Shown here: positions 42,001-53,330 of the stretch, piece by piece
How the letters are laid out: each line of letters opens with the position of its first letter
How positions within the stretch are numbered: position 1 is the stretch's first letter
Source of the DNA: Phoronis australis
Lineage: Eukaryota; Animalia; Phoronida
Length of the DNA stretch: 64,000 nt
Direction: 5' to 3'
Assembly (NCBI GenBank): GCA_002633005.1
Contig: NMRA01000311.1
Span: forward strand, 395,874-459,873
The notes under the pieces: generated by a model
Seen by the model: only the letters and a program-made list of their open reading frames with translations
Databases searched by the model: none
What the model was told of the DNA's origin: nothing
Position numbers and translations under genes: made by a program

Positions 42001-43184
42001 GTGCATAGAGGGACACCTTAGGAGTCTGTCGGTGTCTTTAATTCCTTCCAACTTGAACTCATACTTCCGTTATCAAACTTTTTCGTTGAGCAGTATCTCG
42101 TTCAGTTACCAAAATCGGTAACTGGCCATTTTTACACTGTGCATGCCAGGAGATGTGACATTATACCACCTGCCGAGCGCAGTATTAAAAATAGCCAGTT
42201 TTCGATTTTGGGAACTGAACAAAGGACTGCTTGAAAAAAAGTTTGATAATGGGAATATTTGTTCGAGTTGGAAGGAATTACTAGTAAAGACATTGATGGC
42301 CTCCTAGTATTAAGGTGTCCCTCTATGTGAAAAAGGTATTTATAACAATGTGAATTTGATGTTTTCGAGTCAGTGTGAGGCATAATTTGCCAAAAAGCTT
42401 GCTGCATGTAAGAAGCTCCTACAGGAGCTACACCGTCTCTACTGAGCCAGCCACTGTCTATTCCCAGGTGTGACTCAAGCGCGCACCCAGCCTTCAATAT
42501 GGGGGGCTCTAGTTTCTGTCGATGTGGACCTTTTGCTAACAAAATATCAGCAGGACTAAAAAAAAGAAAAACAGGGTACTACCTTCAAAACTGTAAACTG
42601 TGCGTCTGGGTCTTTTTAGTGGACTTTTGCCTCATTTTCTCAGAGTTTTTGTTTCTCTAAGGTGGACCTTTTTGCCAAATGGGGGGGGCTCATTTGAGCC
42701 CCCCGTGGGTGCGCGCATGTGACTTACAATCAGATAAAGCCACACTAAATAGCTTCCCAAGTGGCACTTGGTGTTGTGACTTCAATATTGCTTGTGAAGC
42801 GCACCAGCAAAGCTGGTGTGATCACGCACTTCGTTTACAATTCGAGGTGATAGCTCACATTTTTGCAAAAATGTTGTGTCTATGGAATGCAGTCCTGAGC
42901 CACAAGACAGAAGAATTCTATATTTTTATTAAGTAATTAAGTTAAGTTCAACTTCAACTTCGTTCAAGCACCACTCACCACGACACCAGCTTTCGAATTT
43001 TAAAAAGCATAAACACTAACAGCCTAACTTTGAAAACTTCAGACACAAATAAACAACGGATAATGAGATTACCTTCGTCAGACGGAGGATATTCACTTCG
43101 ATCGTCCTCCGAAAGGCTATCATGTTCGTCGAAATCGTATTCGTTATAACCAGCGCGGGGCGAAGAGGAATAACTCGACGCCAT
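33072..43184 (-). CDS. SUDS3: Sin3 histone deacetylase corepressor complex component SDS3 (309 aa, 8 exons)
   Basis: Exons on minus: 43184-43073, 41173-41107, 40252-40105, 39445-39289, 38595-38503, 37865-37694, 35711-35627, 33167-33072; total 930 nt. Protein includes [98 protein letters not shown] and [27 protein letters not shown], matching vertebrate SDS3 as I recall it. Confidence 0.95.
34378..34670. repeat. Degenerate ~80-90-bp tandem repeat (4 copies)
   Basis: Recurring aaatgccca(c/t)gtggccggcgt...ccataacctggggatagggggaacc. Confidence 0.75.
34573..35485. repeat. ~456-bp tandem duplication joined by a single N (probable assembly artefact)
   Basis: 34573-35028 is near-identical to 35030-35485; N at 35029. 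Confidence 0.85.
36681..36908. repeat. 28-bp minisatellite, 8 copies
   Basis: Unit caatgctagcctgtcacatggccatgca, starting at 36681, 36709, 36737, 36765, 36793, 36821, 36849 and 36877. Confidence 0.95.
37193..37540. mobile_element. MITE with ~60-bp imperfect TIRs
   Basis: ATAGACTCTATTCACGC..tccaaagcgaggctcactgcgata pairs with tatcgtagcgagtctcgttttgga..GCGTGAATAGGGTCTAT. Confidence 0.7.
37866..38502 (-). other. U12-type (minor spliceosome) AT-AC intron in SUDS3
   Basis: 5' end ATATCCTTTT; branch point TCCTTAAC (plus strand 37875-37882); 3' end ..CCTAC. Splicing restores the conserved P-A-Q-L-N in frame. Confidence 0.93.
40687..41026. mobile_element. Degenerate MITE with terminal inverted repeats
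   Basis: aaaagtggttctggtct (~40701) pairs with agaccagaaccaactttt (~40993). Confidence 0.5.
41448..42450. repeat. Fold-back array of a ~270-bp unit in alternating orientation (SUDS3 intron 1)
   Basis: Reverse partial ~41450-41545, forward ~41578-41855, reverse ~41879-42145, forward ~42178-42450. Central hairpin has a 23-nt loop (agctagagacggtggtca / tgaccaccatctctagct). Confidence 0.85.
42476..42719. mobile_element. CATG-family MITE with 5-bp TSD
   Basis: CAAGCGCGCACCCAG ... TGGGTGCGCGCATG; TSD TGACT at 42471-42475 and 42720-42724. Confidence 0.8.
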
Positions 43185-43453
43185 TTTACAGGAAGTTCTG
43201 TAATCGGCCTTGACCTTGATCAAATCTTCCGTCAGATTTACTAACAACAGCTAATGATATTGACGGTGTTGTTTTCACCGCTTCATTGATACAGTAGCTA
43301 CTGGTCCATGGTGATAACTCCTTCCATAGTATATTCCTAACCTATGTCTCGTGAATTATGAAGTAAATCAATACTTCCGGCTGCAAAAATTGACGCATGC
43401 GTAATGAATGACGTGGCAAAAGCTGAAGCAGAAAGCACAACAAGCAGGCCGGG
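43185..43453. promoter_or_regulatory. Shared bidirectional promoter and 5' UTRs of SUDS3 and DERL2
   Basis: 269 bp between divergent ATGs. ETS-type ACTTCCGG (43373-43380) and CAGGAAGT (43189-43196); NRF1-like ACGCATGCGT (43393-43402); UPRE-type TGACGTGG (43409-43416); YY1-like AAAATGGCG over the SUDS3 ATG; no obvious TATA box. Confidence 0.75.
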
Positions 43454-46400
43454 ATGGCGTACCAGACATTTCAACAAGAGTACTTGCAAATGCCGCCCAT
43501 AACAAGGGCCTATACGACAGCTTGTGTTTTTACAACAATTGCAGTTGTAAGTATTTTATAGTGAAACTTGTCCGAGTTCTTATTCCAGTCGAGTCTCGAA
43601 CTCGGACATCATCGAGTCCACACATATCTCATTCTCTGACCCGCTGTCGGTTGCACTCCTAAGTATGCCTACCGAGTCCAGACCAACTTGGTCTGCTTAC
43701 ACGGTCCAACCTGGCAGACCAACTTAACACCTCAGACCGAGTTGAAATTCACCATTGATATCTGAATGTTTGCCATAGTGTTATATTATACTAGTGAACG
43801 GGTCTGCCAAGTACTGCATAAGATTTGGCAATTGGCAGACACTTGCCTTGGCCTTTCACTTCACTATAACGCTACGGCAAACATTCAGATATCAATGGTA
43901 CATTTCAAATCTGTATGAGGTGTTTACTTGGTCTGCAAGGTTGGATCACGTAAGCAGATTGGTCTGGATGCTTACTTGATTTATTGCGCCTACCTAGATA
44001 GTACCATCGTCTCAACTGGTCGCAGTAGAGGTGGTAGTCATTCCATAGGCATTTCATAAGCTGGAAGCTTTTCAGCAAATTATGCCTCACGCTGATTAAA
44101 CCATCAAAGTCACATTGCTATAAGTAACTTAAGCACACCGAGGGACTGAGACACTAGGATGACAATGATGTCTTTAACTCTTCTCGGCTCGAACAAATAC
44201 TACCACAATTAAACTTTTTTCGAACAGTCCTTCGTTCAGTTTCCCAAATCGGCAACTGGACATTTTTACACTGCTCGCGCTAGGAGATACAACGGGAACG
44301 AAGCACTGTTTGATAAAAAGTATTTGTTCGAGTTGTACCTCTCGGCTCTATGCCCAAAAGTTATTTATAGTAACATGAATTTGTAAGTAGTGTAATCAGT
44401 GTTTGGCATAATTTGCCATAAAGCTTCCGGCTTATGGAGGCTATGGGGTGGCCACCATCTCTACTACCAGCTGAGACGGTGGCACTGTCTAGTGCCTGCA
44501 TTGCTTGCGGTACTGCTCTGCTCCTATCATGGTCCAGATCGAATAGCCTTAGGTTCCTGATTTAGAAAACCTGCTCTATCCACTGAACAATGTGCTTGTT
44601 ATTCTGAATCAGTGGTCACCTGGTTCGGTTAGTGTGGAATCATTAGATCTCACCAATATTCCGTTTAAAAGTTATTGAAATTCAGCAAATGTAAAAGGTC
44701 CATTGAGAGCGACAGTAAATTAAAAGTATCAATAACATGACCAAATATTTTATTTCATATTCATTTCCATGATGAAATCTCACAAGCACTGTTACAATTT
44801 TCTAAATTATCATTTTTGTCTTCATTTTATGCAACTTGATATGTTTCACGATTATCAAAATCTTATACTTGATAGCCCCTCATCGGCCTCATGAAAATGT
44901 GGAATGTTTTAGAGACAATTCCTAAAGTCTGCATTTTGACTAACAGTGGATGGAGCATAATATTTGAATTTTTTTGTGAATCAGATCAGCCGTTTCTGAG
45001 ATAGAACGCTTCAAGTTTAGACAAATTTCAACATTTTTCTAAGGTCCTACTCCTACATAGCCTTATACAAGTGTGCCTGGCATTCTGCAATGATGTCTCA
45101 GTTCAAAAAAGAGGGTGTACATCATCAAGGTTGAGCTGAACTTTGTCAACCTCAAATAAGGATAAAACTAATAGGAGAGTTGGTTGCAGAAATGATCTTG
45201 GTTCCTAATATCGTTGTGTAAAGGTTCGAATTGTCAAATTGTCTTCATCACAAAAGCTTGAAGTTGTGCTGAAAACAATGTAACTAATGGTTGCTGACAT
45301 ATTTAGAGGTTGCAATATTAGTCACTTGTTCAGTTTTATCGTAGACTTTGAAGTTCAGGTTTTGTCTGTTTTATTTTCTTCGACAGCCTGATAATTCATG
45401 TCCTTATATTTGTGGCAGTTAATTACCTGATACTGTATTGAAAATGATGGTTTATTACACAAACTGATATTTTTCAGCAACTTGAAGTGATTTCACCATT
45501 CCAGCTGTACTTCAACCCAGAACTCATTATTTCAAAACTACAGGTTGGTGTTAATTACATTTAAAGCATGACATTCTCAGTTTTCTTTGTTTTACGTCTT
45601 AAAAGACACTTCTTTCTCCCGTTCTTAATAACCTGTGCTTATTTCTCGACTTAAGATGCTACGACAAAGTACTCACCTGCAGTCTTTCATGTTGCCACAG
45701 ATACATCCCTGCGACAAGTATTTATTACCAGGTAAACCAGACGAAAGATTGCATTCTTGATGGATAGCCAATCCCTCTGGGATGTATTTCATGAAAAGTG
45801 GTTTGAGACTTAAGAGGGAAACTTTGTCTTATGTTTTGCCTTCAAAATTATGGAATAACAGTTCAGCCACACAATTGTGAGCACATCAGAGTCCAGAGAC
45901 AATTTACAGACATTATCTGAGTGACTAGCCGTTACGTATACATTCTCAGGTACTTTACAGTTTGCTCAAGTGATACGTTCTCAGGTACTTTGCAGTTTTG
46001 CTCAAGTGAGATTTAATTATCTTTCAAAACTCATTGTGTGGAGTGTGAGACCAGATTTCCAACTTTACTTTTAAGTCACTTTTCATGATAGACGCCCTCC
46101 GATGTCTGGAGTGGCACTTTACAGTGAACTGGGCCAACCGAGTTGAGAACTTTTTGCATTATTTAAATGGATAATAGAGATGCTATGGCCCTTTGTGCCC
46201 CTGCCATGAATCTAGGCCGCTGCTCTTTTCTCACTTTTGTCTTTCTCGCTGATGTGGTTGATGGCAAACAGTTTTTCACTCAAAATCTTGTTTTCACAAC
46301 CGAGGACAATTTTCATGTATTTCATTCTATGTCGGTTTTCCAGCTATGGCGGTTAGTGACAAACTTCATGTTCTTCGGACCAATTGGCTTCAACTTCCTG

Positions 46401-49136
46401 TTCAACATGATTTTCACCTACAGATACTGTCGCATGTTGGAGGAGGGCTCGTTCCGCGGAAGGACTGCCGACTTTTTCTTCATGTTCGTTTTCGGCGGTA
46501 TAATTATGACTGTATCCTTTTATTGATAACGTAAACTAGAAAAATCACAGACTATGTTATATGCCTTGTGATCATTTAGTTGTCTATTAAAAACTGCTGC
46601 AATTCCCATGTATTTAGGTGCAAAAACAGAAATGAACTGAGCCACCTAATTTTACAAAATCTGTCTCATAATATTCCTTATCTTGCGAGGACTTAGTTTC
46701 TGTTAATAACGAGAACACAGAAACCATCAGCGACTCGAGCAAACTTTATTTAGTCAACCCTAAAATTGCGAATTCAAAAATGGCACTTGTATACATTGTA
46801 TACATTGTGTACATTGTATACATTGTATGTGACTAGAGTTGCCAACTCATTTGGCATCAATTCAACATCGTATGACGGTGGTAATGTTTTAATTCCAAAT
46901 TCAACATCGTATGACGATGGTAATGTTTTAATTCCAAATTCTTCAAAAAGAATTTGTAATTGACAGCTTAAGCGTTTTTCATAATTGGCAGCTTAAAAGT
47001 GGTGAAATGTCCCTTTAGGCTTTGTGAGGTTATGTGAGACCTCATCTGTACCTTTAGCCAAATATCTGCGAAACTAAAGAGTTAATGTATTTGTAAATAA
47101 ATTTGAAAGCATATTGTTTTGAAAGTAGAAAGCCTACAGAATTTGATTTTGACATATATGCTAATCTGCCATCGAGTCGCATAATGATGTCTTTCTAGAC
47201 CAATAAAGTATAAGGTACACTCATAGCATTAGTTAGGTAGCAATAACATGTAAATGTTCATTAAGCAGAAACCTCAGAAATGTTGTTACTTGCAGTTTTA
47301 TAAATTATCCACCTTTGGTTTTTGTTTCATACAACTTCTGAATGTTTTCATGGAACTTGTGAAAGTTTTTTTATAACCCGTCATGCCAAAGTAGAACGTT
47401 TCAAAAACAATTATTCCCAATGGCATTTTGGAGAACAGTGCTTATAGTACAATATTGAAAAATTCATTTGGATTCTGTCAGCTGTCTCTAATATTTGATG
47501 TTCTAAACTTAATTAAATTTGGCTATTTTTCTAGGATCTCACATGACTTAATCCAAAACTTACGTAAACTTATGATTTTGTTACTTTTTAATTATGTAAC
47601 ATTATTGCTGTGTGTTGAATATTCATGAAAGTTAAGTCCTATTCAAGTTTGTTTGAAAGTAGATCTGTTGTATATTGCATGAAAATATAGAGTTTGAAGC
47701 GGAGTATTTTAATAGTCGTTGATTTCTGGTCAGTTTCCAATGAACTCCTTGACTTGAATTCAGATTGTTGCCATGTTTGTTAATCTAGTCTTTCTAGGCC
47801 AAGCGTTCACGATAATGTTGGTTTATATCTGGAGTCGGCGGAACCCGTACATTCGCATGAACTTCTTTGGCCTCATGAATTTCCAAGCACCGTACCTGCC
47901 CTGGGTCCTCCTGGGATTCTCGCTACTCCTTGGCAACTCTGTTGTTGTAGACTTAATGGGTATGAAGCATTTTGAATCTGTAACTTTTTATTTGGTATTA
48001 AAGCCTACCCCCCCCTTGGCTACCAGAAAAAATAGAACAGCAAGAGCGTGAGGAAATATTGAGTTTATTAATTTATCCCGGTAATTAACATGCAGCTGAA
48101 GCAAGCTTTAACAATGTGCGCAGTTTTAGTTTGTTTGTGCGTGTGTGGGAGGGTTAGGCTCAGACCTGATTTCAAGTGTCCCGATCCAAACCATCAGCGC
48201 AATTGGCTCCCGTTTTTTTATTTTATTAATATTTTTTTAGTTCCCCGGTTGTTTTTTAGCAAAAGTTCCACATCTTCGGAAATTCGAGCCCCCCTATATT
48301 TTAGGCTGGGTGTGCGCATGGAATCGTGCTTTGCGCAATTGCCCGAGACAAAATGTTGGGCCTCCCCTTATCATATCCTAGATCCCCCACTGTATACTAT
48401 TGAGCTGTGTGCTGCAACTCCGATGGCAGAAAGGTGAATAAACTTGAGGAGTATATGTGGATACTATGTATTCTGACATGATTCCCTAGAATTTTCCCGG
48501 CATCTGTAAAACGAGGCCAGTGTAACAACACGTTTTCCTACGTCCACGACAAAGAATATTTCTATCTGGGACCATCCTATTAGACACAAGGTGTTCCTAG
48601 TGCAAGTGGCAGTGTCAATGGTCATTTTTACCTTGTGAATTCACTTTGCTCCACTTTACATTATTTTACCATTCTAACAAATCAGTTTCATTCTAATTAT
48701 GTGTTAAAGGAATGTTCACATTGTCTTGCAGGTATTGCGGTTGGCCATATTTATTACTTTTTAGAAGACGTGTTTCCAGAACAGCAGGGAGGTTTTAAAA
48801 TATTACACACACCATCATTTTTGTGAGTATGTCATTATGCTTCGTGATTTACAGTAAACTAGTAAAGTAACTATTTGACCTAGTTTTCATAAAAATAGGT
48901 CACAGACTTTAAAATGAAACCATTTGATGCCGTGCATCTTCAATGTTCCCATTGTCACATTGTAAATTCTTGTCTTATCTTCAATGTTTTATTTCAGAAA
49001 ATGGATATTCGATCATGAAGCAGATGATCCAAACTACACCCCCCTGGCTGAAGAAGACAGGCCTGGGGGCTTCCGGTGGGGTGAAGGACAGCCGGTTGGG
49101 GATCTTAATGAGGATCAAAGGAATGACAATAACTGA
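43454..49136 (+). CDS. DERL2: Derlin-2 (ERAD rhomboid pseudoprotease; 250 aa, 6 exons)
   Basis: Exons 43454-43546, 45478-45543, 46344-46511, 47764-47959, 48732-48822, 48998-49136; total 753 nt. Protein [135 protein letters not shown] (SHP-box-like). Confidence 0.97.
43675..43970. mobile_element. Long inverted repeat / MITE with ~110-bp arms in DERL2 intron 1
   Basis: tccagaccaa..tctgcttac..ccaacctggcagaccaa..accattgatatctgaatgtttgcc pairs with ggcaaacattcagatatcaatggt..ttggtctgcaaggttgga..gtaagcagattggtctgga. Confidence 0.8.
44060..44490. repeat. Second fold-back copy of the ~270-bp unit (DERL2 intron 1)
   Basis: Reverse copy ~44065-44280 (gtctttaactcttctcggctcgaacaaatact..ttcagtttcccaaatcggcaactgg) followed by a deleted forward copy ~44293-44490; homologous to 41448-42450. 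Confidence 0.75.
46512..47763 (+). other. U12-type GT-AG intron in DERL2
   Basis: 5' GTATCCTTTT; branch point TCCTTGAC (47746-47753) 10 nt before the exon; no polypyrimidine tract. Confidence 0.9.
48278..48320. mobile_element. Terminal fragment of the CATG-MITE family
   Basis: aaattcgagcccccctatattttaggctgggtgtgcgcatg, near-identical to 29348-29388. Confidence 0.7.
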
Positions 49137-51127
49137 ACACATCATTGAATTGTCTGGTCTCTAAAAGGAATGGAGAACGGATTTTTAAGGCAGGATTGTG
49201 ACACATAAAACTGTGCTCTGTAGAAACTTAACTTGTTATCATGATAACAACAGCCTTGTTTGCCAGAATAGATACCTTTGCAGAGTCAAAAGTGGTCACA
49301 TCATGTGAAAATAATTCTCTCCCATCTAGGACTCTCAACTTGGGACCTTATGCAATCTGTTTCCATAATGTAGTTCGGTGAGGCATCACGACTTGTAATT
49401 GCTAGGTCACACGATTTTCCAAATATGACTCTGTATGACTCTGTATGACTCTATATGTAAAAGAATCTACTCTATGCGTATATTGCACCAGAGTTGGTGT
49501 CGATCATTCACATAACAAAGGACAACCTTGACATTTCTCTAAAATTCGAGTCAGTTCTGCTAGATTTGAGAGTGAGTTGTTCACTGCCCTCATTGCACGT
49601 CTGATAGTACAGAAGGGTGGGTGGCACATAGCCCCCCAAGATGCCCTGACATTGGTGACAAGTAGTTTTGTGTCAACATTAGGGCATAATTTTACCAATT
49701 TAGCACACAATATCTGGGAACAACTAAAACTTTATTTTCTCATTTTTTAATTTAAGATAAGTAGTGTCATTAATGTTTTACCATTTTCAACTTTTTTGTA
49801 CCTGGCAAATTTGGACACCATCCACAATAATCTTGTTTTGCCAGGTTTGCCCAGGAGTAACTTTGTTGCATTTTAATTATTTAGAACTATTGTAAAACAC
49901 AAGATTTTACCATGTAATATTTTGAAAAGTTGGGCTATTCACAACTGTGTCAGATTAAAATATCCAAGAACAATTTTGGTTGTAGTTTTTGTCCAAAGGT
50001 GGCGACATTGTAATGCTCTAATGAGTGTTTTTGAGAATGAAAGGCAACGGTGTGCAATAGTTTTCAAAATAAACTGGACAAACTAGGGCAGAACTCTGCC
50101 AGACTTGGATAAACATCTTGCCAGAATTGTTTGGCTGTCTAGTTGAACCTTTGTTTCAATAAAATAGGGTTTTTTAATTGAATTGAATGTGTCGTTATTG
50201 CATCTAGTGGCTAATTGTTTATTCAAAAGGATACCAAACCCGGTTTTTGGCTTATTAACAGATACTATAGACGACTTTCCCCTCCAGTTCTCTGAAACAA
50301 AATAATGTTCTGTAACCCGCGACAACCCTCAAAAGTTTGGAGGAAAATCTGTACACTCCTTTCAAAGTCTGCTGAACAGGCAAGCTTGACCTAGGCTTTT
50401 GGGGAATTCCAGAGCAATGGTGGGAAAATACCACCCACCAAGGACCATAACGTCCAATCTGAGATAAGGAGTATGACTTTTTATGTGATTCCTACTTTGA
50501 TTGTTGGAAGGTTAACACCAATGACTCATTAGCAGGTGACAGAACGAGGATTGGTTTTAATCAATCAAAACGGGATTTAGTATCCTTTTAATATGGATTT
50601 GCCCCGTAAGTTGCTGTGATTTTGACAACTTGGTCAGAGCAACAACTGTCTAAACTTTGTCAAGATATAGCCTGAATTGAAGTGGATTCTAGTAACAAGT
50701 AAATGGATATCTAGTTTTGTGCTTGGAACTTTGTTGAATTTGGACGTTGTCCTTTTTGTTTTCCAAACTTCTGTATCCCTTACCCCTCAGTATTGTCTTG
50801 CAGTTGCCGTTCTTCGCGCTGTATTAAGCACACAATATGGGAACGAGAGGAATTTCAATTTGTCAAAGTTCATGTCAAAACATTCGAGAAAATTCTGTTT
50901 GCAATTAATACAGTTTACAGTGTATAGTTGTCATAAAACAATCTCATTTCTCTAATATTACGATCTACCCTTGAAACATCGAAAAATGATTATGGTGGCT
51001 GTTTATTGTTTTTTCTAAACAACTGAAGAATTGCCCTGTGAAGGAACTTTGCAAATTCGTTTGGTGAGGTGGTAAAGTACTGATAGTTACGATATTTCCT
51101 TCTTTGCTCTAATTAAATTTGTTCCTG

Positions 51128-51132
51128 AATTA

Positions 51133-51163
<31 letters not shown>
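51128..51163. repeat. (TTA)n microsatellite
   Basis: ttattattatt run. Confidence 0.9.
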
Positions 51164-51647
51164 GTGTCGCCTGTCTGCTCTCAGATTTGCTCAAATGTTT
51201 GAAAAGAAAGTGTATTTCATCAACACACACTGAGGAAAGGAACGGATGCAATGTATGTACAGTGTATTAAGTCGGCCGGAAATGTACAGCTGAGAATGTT
51301 GAATGTGACTCTTGTTATAGTGCAAAGTTAACAAGGAATGGTTGTTGTCGTAAATTGTGAAATCTCAGTAATAAACACTGATATTTTATAGTTTCTGTGT
51401 AGTTCCTGTATGTCCATTCAAGCTGATACACTTTTCAACTAGTTTTGTCTAGTCTCTGCCATGTTCATTTTGGTACACTTATTAATAGACCAGTTTTGGC
51501 TAGTCCCTATAGGCCCACATTTATAACGCTTATCAATTATGTTATTTTAGAGCTGTTGCAATCCATGTTCAGGTACTAAAAACGTCAACTTTCTTGACAT
51601 GTTGGTGTTGCTCGTCCAACAATCTCGTTCTTTGTCGTTCGGCTGCC

Positions 51648-51969
51648 AATGAAATCCATTATACATGTGTATGATTTCACAGCCATGTGTGTCGATGAAA
51701 TCCATTATACATGTGTATGATTTTACAGCCATGTGTGTCAATGAAATCCATTATACATGTGTATGATTTCACAGCCATGTGTGTCAATGAAATCCATTAT
51801 ACATGTGTATGATTTTACAGCCATGTGTGTCAATGAAATCCATTATACATGTGTATGATTTCACAGCCATGTGTGCCAATGAAATCCATTATACATGTGT
51901 ATGATTTCACAGCCATGTGTGCCAATGAAATCCATTATACATGTGTATGATTTCACAGCCATGTGTGTC
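51648..51969. repeat. 46-bp minisatellite, 7 near-perfect copies
   Basis: Unit aatgaaatccattatacatgtgtatgatttcacagccatgtgtgtc, head-to-tail with no spacers. Confidence 0.95.
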
Positions 51970-52921
51970 GGCAGCATCTCGAGGCCAAGCGTTTTTGTTG
52001 ACTGCAAGGTGGTGCTGTGACTGTCATAGTTCAGCGTCTGGAGTAGATCTCGGTGTGTGTTAACGTCTGTGAAAATGACCCTTCCCATGCAACGCCTTAT
52101 CACCAGGATAATTAACAGTCGAATAAAAATTTCATCAGTTGGGGGTATAGAACTCTAGCCTTAGAGTTGTATGATTGTGTGTAATGAAGTTGCAGCGTGG
52201 ACACTGCGCGTGGGGCAGGATATTTTTGGGTAGAGTTCGGAAGCTTTGTCGCGAGTAACTTACAAACTGTCTTGCCAAAATCAGGTGTTCTATATCTCAC
52301 GCAATCTCTCGAACTTTTGCTTTTTAGCGAGGTCCGAGACGAGGAGACAATTTAATTTAAATTTATTTAAAACGCGTTGTATCACACCTGGGATTAACAC
52401 GCTGACGCGTTTTGTAGTCCCAGATCAATATGAACTGTGTTTTTTCCCCTATGCCGCCTGCTGCGAAGGCGTGGTACCTCCTGGTATGTAGCCAGGTGGT
52501 GGTGAGAATCAGGCGTGATCAGTCGCCACTGCTTTCTGTAAGCCAATCAGGCTTCTTTTGCTTCACGGGTCACTAAGGGTTCAAGCAAGTTGAGGAGGTA
52601 TCGATTTAATAACTACGCTTTTGTGGATTAAACTTGGTCAAAACGTCAAGAAAACTCAATTGCAGCTGGTCGTCATCGACTAGCGAGTACATAAATAGGC
52701 CACATGCCGTGACAAACTAAAGGATCCTCTTTGAAGGTTTTCTTTTCCATTCACGTCTTAAGAACACAGAACGAGTTTCGTTAGTCGGAAGATTTGTGTC
52801 TGCTATCGATTGAGCCGTGCATAATGCACAAATCACCTGTCACACGGTGTTACGGCTGCCACTGTGACTGATTTTGGGTGGTGTTGCACCACCAAAAATA
52901 AACTAAAAATTCATATATTAA

Positions 52922-52962
52922 ACGGGCGGATCCAGGATTTTGAGTTGGGGGGGCAGGGCAGC
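52922..52962. mobile_element. Fragment of a GGGCGGATCCAG-type MITE at an assembly gap
   Basis: gggcggatccaggattttgagttggggggg, also found at 60989; related ends at ~3187 and ~48378-48393. Confidence 0.6.
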
Positions 52963-53330
52963 NGAATTACAAAACCGGTCATGTGAATCGTACTTTTATT
53001 GACTTTTCTACAACCGTGTTTTGCAGCTAAAACATAATCATTATTCTTCTAAATCACATGTGCGGTTATACGTGTGAAGCCACTTAAGGCTATGAGATAG
53101 CTCCCGATTCCGTGGCTAGTTCAGCGTGGCGTACAGAGGGGTGCATCCTTAAGTGGTACAAAACCAGTAACTTTCCCCTATATTATTACAACTTCTCAGT
53201 TGATAGCTACTTGTACGATGCTTTGCCGGTAACGGGTTGACTGCATCCGAGCGAGCAAAAGTTACTCACGTTGATCCCTACAATCACTCGTTGTCCATGT
53301 GAACAACTTGACGTCAGAGATGCACTGAAC

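Noticed and set aside
44525-44590. tRNA-like A/B boxes on the minus strand (gttcagtggatagagca...ttcgatc)
   Set aside because: Cannot fold into a proper cloverleaf; at most a decayed SINE head, not a tRNA gene.
51648-51969. Regular 46-bp repeats resembling a CRISPR array
   Set aside because: Units are head-to-tail with no unique spacers, there are no cas genes, and the context is eukaryotic: a minisatellite.
51861-52103. HRDL word in ORF 51861-52103 as a kinase catalytic loop
   Set aside because: It lies downstream of the DFG/APE-like motifs (wrong order) and lacks the following Asn; likely chance.
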